A stretch of 64,000 nucleotides of DNA from Negaprion brevirostris (Eukaryota). Shown here one piece after another: positions 1-11,200 of the stretch; position 1 is the stretch's first letter; each line of letters opens with the position of its first letter. The notes below the pieces were generated by a model that worked only from the letters and a program-made list of their open reading frames with translations, had not been told where the DNA came from and searched no databases. The DNA lies in the NCBI GenBank assembly GCA_030324005.1, contig JARDVH010000031.1, positions 52,666,117 to 52,730,116 on the forward strand, written 5' to 3'. A program made the position numbers and the translations under genes.

Positions 1-76
1 GGGCCTGGGTGGGATTGTGGTTGGTACAGATTTGATGGGCCAAATGGCCTCCTTCTGCATTATAGGGATTCTATGA
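1..76 (+). mobile_element. 3' end of HE1-type shark SINE
   Basis: Tail gatgggccaaatggcctccttctgca...ggattctatga is shared with other copies in the window. Confidence 0.75.
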
Positions 77-624
77 ATCATGATGCACAATTAACATATG
101 TCCATTCAATGTCATGCAGGCAGCATGCCAACTTCACAATACCTGCACATTTGGATGACTTCTGCGTTCAGTAAGCGCTAACCATGCTGTTCATTGCCTG
201 CATATGCCAAACATTTCAAACAGCTAATACAGCTTAAAGGTAATCTGTGGCTCTCAAAGTATTGTGGATGAAAGAAGTGGTGGGAGTTTCTAAAAAAGCC
301 CATCTGCGCCGTGGTACTTTAAGCAATGGCTGAATATAGGAGAAAATATGCATGGTGTTTAGACTATGCATTTGGTGGCAACAATGGAAAGAAAGAGATA
401 TTCTGCACGTGTAGGGAGGTAGGGGGCCCCTCAAGCTCTATAGGCCTGGATTTTCTCTGACATCCTTGCATCAATTCTGATTATGTAATTTTCCACACCC
501 ACTGCTTCTGATATGTAATCCAGCTTTCCCATCCAAGGATTCACTTCCAAAGTAGTTGACATGGCCTTGGTCACATCTGTTCTATTTCTCACACACTACT
601 TTCTCCTTTCTCTCATTCCCAAAG

Positions 625-1295
625 CCATGACAGGGTTTCCCTTATCTTCCCCCAACACTGCATCCAACAGACCTTGTTCCATAATTCCAGTGTGATGCCA
701 CCATCAAACATATCTTTCCCTCCCCTTTCAGCAATTGGGTCGAACCTTCCCTCCATGATACCTTGATCCACACTTCAATTATCCAAACCCAGCTTCCCTT
801 CCAATGGCACCATCCCGTGCAAGTACAGGAGATGCAACACCTGCCTTTTCACTTCCCGTTGTCCAGGCCCCTAAACATTCCTTTCAGATGAAACAGCAAT
901 TCATTTGTAATAAAAACAGAAAGTGCTGGATAAATTCAGCAGGTCTGGCAGCTTCAGTGGAGAGAGAAACAGGGTTAATGTTTCGAGTTTGTATGATTTC
1001 TTCAGAGCAGCAACTTACTGATATTCCTTTCTGTTTAGTTTACTGGATTCACTGTTCATGATAAAATTTTTACATAGGTGGGACCAAACCTGGATTGGTT
1101 GATCACTTTGTGAAACACCTCTGTTTGGCCTGCAAGTGTGACTTGAGCTTCTGATCGTTTGTATTTTAAGTCGTCATCCCACTGCCTGTCTGACTTCTGT
1201 GCCTTTGCCTCTTTCACGGCTCAGTAAAACTCAAAGTACTGCGCCTCACCCTAGGATTAGACACTATATGCACTTCCAGATTTAACTTCAAGGTC
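625..1295 (+). mobile_element. Decayed Penelope-like element (GIY-YIG endonuclease region) with a nested short terminal-repeat fragment at about 909-1005
   Basis: Degenerate frames read PCKYRRCNTC...HSFQMKQQFIC...LVYWIHCS..FYIGGTKPGLVDHFVKHL, matching the Penelope VY.I.C...YIGET.R.L..RF.EH motif. Confidence 0.75.
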
Positions 1296-1426
1296 ACAAG
1301 CCACTGCTCCCATTTTTCCAGACAGCATGTGCTGGGAATGATCCTGCTGTTGTAATTTACTACTTGACCAGACCTATCCTTTATTTCTTTACTTGTTGTG
1401 GTATCATTCTTTTGTCATTTAAGATC

Positions 1427-1523
1427 GGGGTAAATTTTCCAGTCCTGCCCACTGTGGGAATCGTTGGGGGGTGGGATCTGTTGACCTTGGGGAGGAATTT
1501 ACAGTCCCTGGAAAATCCTGCCC
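1427..1523. mobile_element. Short MITE-like element
   Basis: Imperfect terminal inverted repeats ggggtaaattttccag ... ctggaaaatcctgccc; relatives at about 9498, 24933, 38996 and 53478. Confidence 0.55.
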
Positions 1524-1529
1524 TATAAC

Positions 1530-2310
1530 ACCGTAAGATGTAGAAGCAGCAGTAGACCATTTGGTCCTTTAGATCTGCTCCACCATTCAATGAGATCATG
1601 ACTGATCTGATATGATAATCCTCAACTCAACTTTCTCACCTCATCCCCATAACTCTTGATTCCCTTACTGATTAAAAATCTGTCCATCTTGGCCTTGAAC
1701 ATCCTTATTGACTCATCCTTTACAGATCTCTGTGGTAAAGAATTCCACAGATTTACTACCCTATAGGAGAAGAGATTCCTCCTCATCTCCGCATGAAATG
1801 GGTGATCCCTTACTCTGAGATTGTGCTCTCTCATCCAACATTCTTCCACGGGAGAAACAGGCTCTCAGCATTTACCCTGTCAAGCCCCCTGAGAATCCTG
1901 TATGCCTCAATAAGGTCGCCTCTCATTCTTCTAAACTCCAACGAGCACAGATGCAACTTCTGAACCTCTCCTCAGAAGAAAGTCCCTCCACACCTGGGAT
2001 TAACCGAATGAATCTTCTTTCGACTGTCTCAGGTGTAGTCTAACCTTGCATAGCTTCAGTGAGACTTCCTTATTTCTATCCCCCATTTGAAATAAAAGCA
2101 AACATTCCATTTGTCTTCCCTATTACCCGCTGAACTTGCATGCTAGTTTTTTGAGATTTTGAGGACCCCAAATCCTTTTGTGCTGCAGCTTTCTGCAGTC
2201 TTTCTCTGCTTAAATAATATTCAGCTCTTTTATTCTCCCGACCAAAGTGCATAACTCACATTTTCCAATATCTTCCGGCTGCCAGGTTTTTGTCCATCCA
2301 TTCAACCGTC
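1530..2310 (-). mobile_element. CR1 LINE 3' fragment
   Basis: ORF 1622..1849 RRNLFSYRVVNLWNSLPQ is the CR1 ORF2 C-terminus; typical 3' tail follows. Confidence 0.88.
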
Positions 2311-2689
2311 TATATTCTTCTTTAATCACTCCTGGTTTCGATCCAATACAGATCTTCCCTTTGCCCTCTCTTTCCCTCCCCCACTTTCTCTATCATTGCG
2401 CTTATTTAAAACCCACTACATGCAATTGTTTCCGAAACACTGCAACTTTGTTGCTACAGCGTGGGACCCCCAGTAGCTCGAAAACCAGAGGCAGCCCTAC
2501 CTCGCTGTCTGTGGGACCCCTGCCCGCACTTACAGGTGTCTGGCATCTAAGTCATTGCTATTGGGGCTGCTATCCCTTTAAAGGACAGCTACCGGACCCA
2601 GGAAGCTGCCATCCAATCAGACAGCCAGTAGCTCAGGAGTCTCATTGGCCCCACCAGATGTGTGTCCGGACGAAAAGGACACTCTGCCT

Positions 2690-3870
2690 TCTGAAGCAGC
2701 TAAGTGAGGTCGGGTATCACCTTTCAGTTCTGTTATCCTTCCAGTGAATCTTTTTGAATCTCCATTGCTATATCGTTTTTTAACATGGAGATCTGAACTT
2801 TTCACAGTACTCCAAGTGTGGTCTAATCAAGGTTCTTTGCAAGTTTAACACAACAACTCTGATTTTAAACTTTCTTTCCCTCCAAAAATAGAACCCAGTG
2901 CTTTCTTTGGTTTTGAATGGCTTTTGTAACCTGTGTTGCTATGATTAGTGATTTGTGTAACTGTACCCAGAGACACCTCTGACCCTCTAACATTTAGACA
3001 TTTATTTTCTAATCAGTATATGGCCTCCTTATTCCGCCCAACAAAATGTACCGCCTCACACTTCTCTATATTGAAACTAATTTGCCAATTGCACACCCGT
3101 TCTACAAATTTATTAATGTCTTTCAATACATTTTATTATAATCCTCCTCTATATTAACCATACTCTCCCATGTGATATTATTTTGAAGTTGCACTTTTGA
3201 TTTCTGAGTTCAAACCATTTATGTAATTAATGAACAGCAGTGGTCCCAGCCTGATCCTTGTGGATCACCACTTCTGACATTTTATCTAGTTTGAGTTATT
3301 GGTTTTAACTCCTACCCTCTGTTTCTGTAGTCAGCTTTCTATCTATTCAGTTAATTTTCCCCCAACTCCACATGGTCTGACTTCAATCATGAATCAACTA
3401 TGTGGTATCATATTAAACGCTCCTACTCCAAGACTACTCCATTACCCTCATCTTCTCTTTCTGATCCCACTTCAAATAATTTAATAAGATTCAGCAAGCA
3501 TGATTTTCCCTTGTGAAATCTGTGCTGATTATTCTTTCCACATTTTCAGCTTTTAGATGTTTGTCTGTCACATATTTACATATAGATTCCATGACCTTGT
3601 CTACCACTGCAGTTAAGTTAATTGTCTGTATTCTCTGGATTTTCTCTATATCACTTTTTAAATTCTAAATTGCTTTAGATATGCATTATCTGTCTGTTGG
3701 TCCTTTGGTGTTAACCCCTTTTCTAATGATTTTTAATAAATAAGTACTGGGTGCCTCTGCTTTGTCTCCCCTATTTTTAACATGCACGATACAACCCATC
3801 CAGTCCAGGGATTTTGTCCTCTCTAAGTTTGCTCAGTTCATCAATGACCTCCCCCTTGTCTATCTTAATT
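2690..3870 (-). mobile_element. Old, diverged CR1 LINE RT fragment
   Basis: Plus-strand cagcagtggtcccagcctgatccttgtgg corresponds to the PQGS.LGPLLF motif on minus; KCEAVHF-like segment nearby. Confidence 0.75.
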
Positions 3871-3989
3871 GTTGTTAATGTCCTACCATAGGAATTATAT
3901 GGTGAGTAAAAACAGAAGTCACTGCTTTGCTTCTTATTTTTCTCACAACTATTTTTTAAGTGAGCTTTATATACGGAGAAAAATATGAC

Positions 3990-5105
3990 TTGGGAAATGA
4001 CGTTACACAGTTTTATTGTGCAAAAACTTAATTCATTCAGATCAAATTCCTTTCTTCATAGTTTTGGTGGAAGTGGTAACCCATTAGAAATCGATAGAGT
4101 ATATCCCCATGAAAATAGTAGAGCAAAGAATTCAAAATGATAATGTTAATGTTTGTACAATAATATTTCAGATAGCAATTTCTAAGCTTGCATCTTAATG
4201 CACATAAAACAAACATATCACAGAACTAATTTAAAAAAATACAGAATTGATCCATCTTCAGAAAAATTATGTCAACAGCATTGTCCTATTCTTAAGAATT
4301 GTATGGGGCAGAGGGGTGATGTGTGGTTTTTAGAAAAGTAACAACCACATTGCTAGGGTAAGTTTCTCACGTTGAAATGATGTGCTTATTTATGTTTATT
4401 TTATAATTGCATAAAACTTCAAGCAAATTCTTGAATATCCTTTTTTAACATGGAGAATTAATGATGTGTGGAACTGTACCCAGAGACACCTCTGATCCTC
4501 TAACATTTAGACATTTATTTTCTAAGCAGGATATGGCCTCCTTATTCCTCTCAACAAAATGTACCGCCTCACACTTCTCTATATTGAAATATCTTGAATA
4601 TCAGTAACCTTCTCCAGTTTTGTAATTCCACAAGATTTCTGGGCTCCTCAAGTTCAACACATCCCCTATTTTAATCATTCCATCATTGACAGCCAGACTT
4701 TCAAATGTCTAGCACTAAATTCTGAAATTCTCCACAAAATCTCCTCATTCTCTACCTCTCACTCACTTCTCTCTTAAAATCTCCCACTTGGTCACTTGAT
4801 CACCTGTCCACATATCTCTGTATCTGGCTTGGTGTCAAATTTTGTTTGAAAATGCTCCCACAAAGTGCCTTGGGCTTTGGCTCTATGTTAAAGGCACTAT
4901 ATAAAACAGGTTATCATTGAAACAGCGCAAACATTCCAATATATACATAAAGTATTCAAGATATACACATGGTGTTGCAACCTCTATATATACAAGCAGG
5001 CAAAGCATAACACGTGCATATAACTGTAGCTGTTCTTGACAAAACAAAACATAAAAGTGCATCAGATCTGTTTGTAAAACTTACAATTTTCCAATAAATT
5101 AAGCA
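3990..5105 (-). other. ITGB6: Probable ITGB6 3' UTR, with candidate poly(A) signals (AATAAA on minus) at 4514-4519, 4395-4400 and 4012-4017
   Basis: Lies directly downstream of the stop codon. TTTATT hexamers are on the plus strand; the 4012 site is followed by a U-rich tract. The true 3' end cannot be fixed without RNA data. Confidence 0.5.
4605..4918 (+). mobile_element. L2-type LINE 3' end inside the probable ITGB6 3' UTR (antisense to the gene)
   Basis: ggtgtcaaattttgtttg...aaagtgccttggg...aaaggcactatataaa tail; same family as 63910-64000. Confidence 0.65.
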
Positions 5106-5201
5106 TTAATTCCCAACAGCAGTGACTTCCTTTTTTCCATAATTTTTGTAGGTCACATTTTTAAATGTGGAAATTGACCCCCTGTAAAGTGGATTTGTAC
5201 C
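5106..5201 (-). CDS. ITGB6: ITGB6 exon 15, coding part [31 protein letters not shown]
   Basis: Acceptor ttttcag|GGT, NPLY and NVTY motifs, TAA at 5108-5106. Confidence 0.96.
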   Translation of the reverse strand, partial: GTNPLYRGSISTFKNVTYKNYGKKEVTAVGN

Positions 5202-8200
5202 CTGAAAATACAAGAATACTTCATGAAGGAACAGACATATTTATGTAGTTATGCNNNNNNNNNNNNNNNNNNNNNNNNNNNNNNNNNNNNNNNNNNNNNN
5301 NNNNNNNNNNNNNNNNNNNNNNNNNNNNNNNNNNNNNNNNNNNNNNNNNNNNNNNNNNNNNNNNNNNNNNNNNNNNNNNNNNNNNNNNNNNNNNNNNNNN
5401 NNNNNNNNNNNNNNNNNNNNNNNNNNNNNNNNNNNNNNNNNNNNNNNNNNNNNNNNNNNNNNNNNNNNNNNNNNNNNNNNNNNNNNNNNNNNNNAGCTCA
5501 GCACCTTTTTAAATATTTGCATTCTATGTTAAATTTGAGATGCAAATTAACAGTATAACTTTTTTCATTTTAAATACATACCGTCTGCCACTTAGCCTTT
5601 GCTCGTTCAGCTTCAAATTTGGCCACTTCTTTGTGGTCGTGAATGGATATAAACATCTTCCAGATACTGAGGATAACCAAACCAACGACAAGGATTGCCA
5701 AAGAAATCCCCAAAACTATCATAAGTACATTTGGAGGCAAGGGGCATTCTGTGCAAACAATACAAGATTTCAATATGTGGCAGTTGCTAAAATGCAGGAA
5801 AGTTGTTATGATGTGACATGGTGATTGACGCAAGGGTTAATGTTAGAGAATGAGAGCTCAAGGCGAAATGCAACATTGAATGCATAACACTGTGTGTGAT
5901 AGTGATGGTGACCTGGATTTTCACTGAGTTGGGTTAACTTGGGAGCCCTTTATGCTGAGCCTGTCCTGATTCTGGGATTCCCAACCCCATTCCTGGGCTA
6001 TCTAATTTTCGGGAGTGCCTTGAAAGGGTGCAACTGCTTCCTGGCAGAAGCCCACATCTGGCATTCTTGACCTGGTTGACTCCATTGTGGAGACAGGTAT
6101 TTCCTACTCCTCCCCAGTTATCTTGCAGACACACCAGGTTTTTAAAGAGTTGTGGTTCATGGCCCCCAAAAGGAGTCGTGAATGCTAGTGTTCATGAAGG
6201 ACCTTTTAAAAGGTTCAAAAGGTCCCCCTCATGCCCCCCTGGGCCAGGTTACACTGCTCATGCCCTGTATGCCAGGTTCCACCCTCCCACTGCTCCTTAA
6301 GTTTCCTTAAGCCTCCTATGCCCAGATCTGCCTTTCCATCCACCCCCTCAGGCCTTCATACTAGGCTCTTCCCTTCCATCCATCCCCTAAGTCTGCTCAT
6401 ATCCTCTATGTTAGGTCCTGATCTTCCACCCAAATTCTCAGGCCCTTCATGCCCTGCATGCCTGGCTCTGCCTTTTTACCCACCCACTATGTCCCATCAC
6501 GTTCCCTGTGCTAAGCTCAGGTTCCAATATCCTTTGATCCACTGTGCATTTTCTAAAACAAGTGAACTCAGCAATTTAATGTGAGATTTTAAAAAAGCTT
6601 TGAAAAATGTAATCCACTAATCACTTTCACCAATGAAAAATGTCTGGGTGACAANNNNNNNNNNAATGTAATAGAAGTGCCAATCATTCAGTCCCTTTGA
6701 AACTTCAAACACCATAAATACTGCAAACTACTTGAGTTCTGTCAACAAACCTTGTGAAATTGACCACAGAGATCAAAGACACTAAGCTGTCATCAAATCA
6801 TAGAATCTCCACAGTGCAGAAGGAGGCCATTTGGCCAATCATGTCTGCATAAACTCTCTGTCAGATTATCAATCAGTGTTTCTCCAGATGCAGGTGTTCT
6901 GTTATTCCAATGGATGTCTGGACTGTCAGCCAAATATATACTGAGGCAAAGTTCTGCAAAGTTTGTTGATTTAACTCAATTTTCAAGAGTTTGTTATTTG
7001 TGGTTTTTGAAACTTCATAGGGCCAGGATGTTTGACACTTTCATTAGCTCACTGTCCATGTTTTTACCATAGAAGAAAGTGATCAGTGGATTCCATTTTT
7101 TTCAAAGATCTTTAGACATTCCACTTTATAGTGGTTTTCATTGACTTGAGAAAGTATCATTGGATCAATGGGCATGAAAGTGCCATAGTCTGGCATAGGG
7201 GGCATGAGGGGGCACAGGGGTGTCTGGAAGATATGTGATGGCATGAGTGGCATCAGGAGTGCTTGGAGGGTCAAGGGAATGAGAAGGGTGAAGAGTGGAA
7301 GGCCTTTTCATTTTTCTTTCATTGGGACCAAGTTCCACTGCACTGAGATGGTCTTTTCACCAGTCTACGTCCATACCCAATGGTCCTTGTGGTTGCCTCT
7401 GCACTTCTTCCTGGATCAGCTGCTCCGACGTCAGCCAGCACCTAACCCCCAGTAATGAAGATCGCACCTTGGTGTGCATCTTCTCTGAAGATGGGCACAT
7501 CAAGCCAGCAATTTTCCAAATTTTCCCCTATCTGCTTTGTGGATGAAAATTCAGGCATAAATTTCACTATGTCCCCGGCCCCCCCCCCCCCGCCCCCCCC
7601 CCNNNNNNNNNNNNNNNNCCACCCCACCCACCCCCACCACTCCCGCCCCGCTATCTGTGATCAAAAACTGGTGTAGTCATTAACTGTGATTGTTTTACTG
7701 CTGGTTAATTATATTCTTATCATATTAAGCAATGCCTTTCTAAGCGCTTTTAAATGATAAATGAAAAAGAATCACTGATTTTGTCAACCTCTTGATTGTC
7801 CCTAGAATGATGGTGGGAACACTATTATAAAAAGTACAAGTATAATTAGCGGGTCTCCCCACTGCAACATCCCACCATGCTCAATATTAAAGGGATTCAA
7901 TGGGATACATACAAAAAAACTACTTGTTCTGGTGGAAGAACCCACAACAAAAGGACCCAGCCTTAAAATTATAGTCAGGCCATTTATGAGAGAAACCAGG
8001 AAGCATCTTATCACAGAAAAGTTAGTAAAAATCTGGAACACTGTCCCCCAAAAGGCCCCAGATGCTGGCTAATTGCAATTTGAAAGACTGAGATTGATGG
8101 TTTTGTTAGGTGATGTTATCATGGGATATGGATCAAAGGCTAGCAAGATGTAGGCCAGCTGTGATTTGATTGATTGGTGGAACTGACTCAAGAGACTGAA

Positions 8201-11200
8201 TGGCCTACTTCCATTCTAAAATTCCTTAGCTGGTGGCTCATCCTAACTTCATAAAATTTTGTATCTATTTACTTCTCACGTCCTCTCACTTTTCTGTTTA
8301 GGATCAGTAGTTTTGTTTTTAAAAAAAGTCTCATTTGATTTGTCAGCACAATAAATCTTCACTGGTAACTATCAATGAAACTGATCCATTTTTGAAAAGT
8401 TCACATTTAGTTTAGATATCTAATCCTTAATTTAACAGATTTTTCCTCATTTTAACAAATGGCTAATTTTTTCCTTGCAGGTGTGTAACATCCAGAAATG
8501 TGACAATGAAAGATATGGCTAGAAACTAGACTTAGAGTTAAATTATTATGTCACCCAAGCTCACCTGTTTGTTTTAAATCAAAAACTTGTGATTTTCCAG
8601 AGCCATCCGTAATAATATGGAATGATATTGTGCAATCATTGCCACTTTTCAAAGAACAGTAGACAGATTGGTTTTCTTCAAATTCTACAAAAATAGTTTG
8701 GAAATATGCACATTAAGTTTTAAACATTTTTTTTAAATCAGTAAAATCACAACTGCTACCCACTGACCATGGTCTTGAATAATTGTACTTGTCTTTTCAA
8801 TGAATGATAAAATAATTCTGCATTACAGCACTTTTCAAATCTCACTTCCTACACAAATGTTTTGCCAGAAAGCTATGCCTGACTTCAATAGCTGAATGGG
8901 TGGTCCATCAGCAATGGCCAACAGATGCATCTGTCAACTTTCTTTCCTAAGGATTTCATTGAATCGGGTGTGCACATTATTTTACCATTCATTATATACT
9001 TTCTTCTGAACTCAATAGCCCACAATATCCATGATACAATGAAGACTATACTGTGATCATTGTTAGTTCTGACAACTAACACGTCTAGATTATATGACAT
9101 TTAGTTTATGTTCACGCAACCAAAATGATGCTGAAACTTCCTGGATACACTAGGTACTTTTAAAGTGAAGAAAGCTAAAACATTTGAAATATATTCATCA
9201 GGGAACTTCCAACTATAAAATAAGTGAAGCATTAAAATTCAGAAGTCATGTTTGTTTTTAGGTGACCACCACTTCATTCCACTGAAAGTGTTGAGGGGAT
9301 ACAATAACAAATCCATACTGACTTTTATTTTAAGTTATTTGAGATGTTTATTATTCATTATTCAAAATAACTAAATCCAGTATTTGGCCCTTTCAGTATT
9401 ACATTCCCTGAGACCCTTCTGACATAGCCGTACCAAGTTTATTAATTATTAATAGATAGAAGTCAGTGCACCTATGATTCCCCATTACGTTCACCCTGGG
9501 AGGAATTTTCTGGCCGTGCTAGCCCCAAAACTGGAAAATCTCACCCCAGGTCAATGGACCTTTGCGTAGTCCACCTCCGCAATTCCTGTGGCGGATGGGA
9601 TGGGAAAACTCCATTCCTATGTTTGAGATGACCTGCCGGATTTTGCACAACTATGAAAGCAGCCTTATTTTTATATATCAGATACTACTTCCAGAAAAAG
9701 TAATTTTCTTTGCAAAATTTTGAAATGTTTATTTCAATCATTATGAGATTCATGAGTCAAAAGCAAGTGCAAGACAGAGGAGACATTAAGCTACTAAGTT
9801 TCTGAACAGCTAATATTCTAACTGTTACATATTAATACTTATTGCCTTGGCCAGCACTCCATTATACATCTGACTTGAGTTTGGTAGAGGGTGGAAAACT
9901 TCTGGGAGTCAGGAAATGAGTCATTTGGCACAGAATACTCAATGTCTGACTTGCTGTTCTGGCGACAATATTTATATGGTCCAATTAAGTTTCTGGTCAA
10001 TGAAGGCCCCTCCCAGGATGTTGGTGGGGGATTCAGTGGTGACAATATCATTGAAATACAAGGGGGTGCCCATCTCTGGTTCACTGATAGCACTCCAATG
10101 CTATCATTGGAGATGACAGCATTCATCTCCAATGATAGCAGAAAGTTCACTTGACATTTCAGAGGAGTTTTGAGGGAGTGCCGCACACAGAGTTGCTGTC
10201 TTTTTGATGGGAAGTTAAACCAGGACCTTGTCTACATTCTCAGATGGACATATGGGAATATTTAAAGAACAACAGGAAGTTTTTCCAATGTTCAACCAAA
10301 GCCACCAAAAAAATAGTCAACCAGAATTTTCTCAAACTTAGAGTTTTGGATCAGGCAAAAAAAGTTGTGCGAAACTCACCGTCTTCACAGACAGCTTTTC
10401 TCACCTGATTAAATGGCACTCTGTACAATTTTAGAATGCTAGCGAGGATCACACAGCCAGCTGAAGGGGAAGGCCTAAACATGCCAATAACGCCGGGATT
10501 CTGAGGTCAGGATGTCCTTTTTAAAGAGCGTCCCAATCTCAAAGTGAAATTTAAGTGCCTTCCCTGCTCCCCAAAACAGACATTAGGATATCTCTTCCCC
10601 AAGCATTAGGGCATCTCTCCACAATTCTGAGATCGGGGCACCCACTGCCCATCCATCACAATGCTATGATCAGCACACTGCACAGCCATGTCCTGTTCCA
10701 TCTGGGGACTATACCTTACTGTGCATCCGTACATGGCCATCATGACTGGTTCTGGCCTTTGAAAGCAGGAGTGATTCATACGACGTGGCACCATGCCAGG
10801 TGGATGGGGAGATTAAGGCGATGGACGTTCTGGTGTCAAGGCCGGTAGGCATTTGCTTATTCATTATAATTGATAGAAATCAAGTTCACAGCCTTTCTTG
10901 ACATAAACCTGATCATGTCAACAGTGGGCGGGGAAATCTCAAACTGAGATCTTGCCAGTGCAAATCCCGTTTTTGGCAGCTGGTGAGATTTAACAGCCTT
11001 TAAAGGATTTGCACCTGCAATCAATGGGGCAACTAAATCATGTTCATTATCTCACTGCTATTTGTGTGCAAACTGATTGCCATATTTCCCGATATTGCAA
11101 TAATATCTACTTGTCAAGTATTCACTGAAGAAGGGTCATCTAGACTCGAAGCGTTGGTTCTACTCTCTCTCCACAGATGCTGCCAGACCTGTTGAGATTT

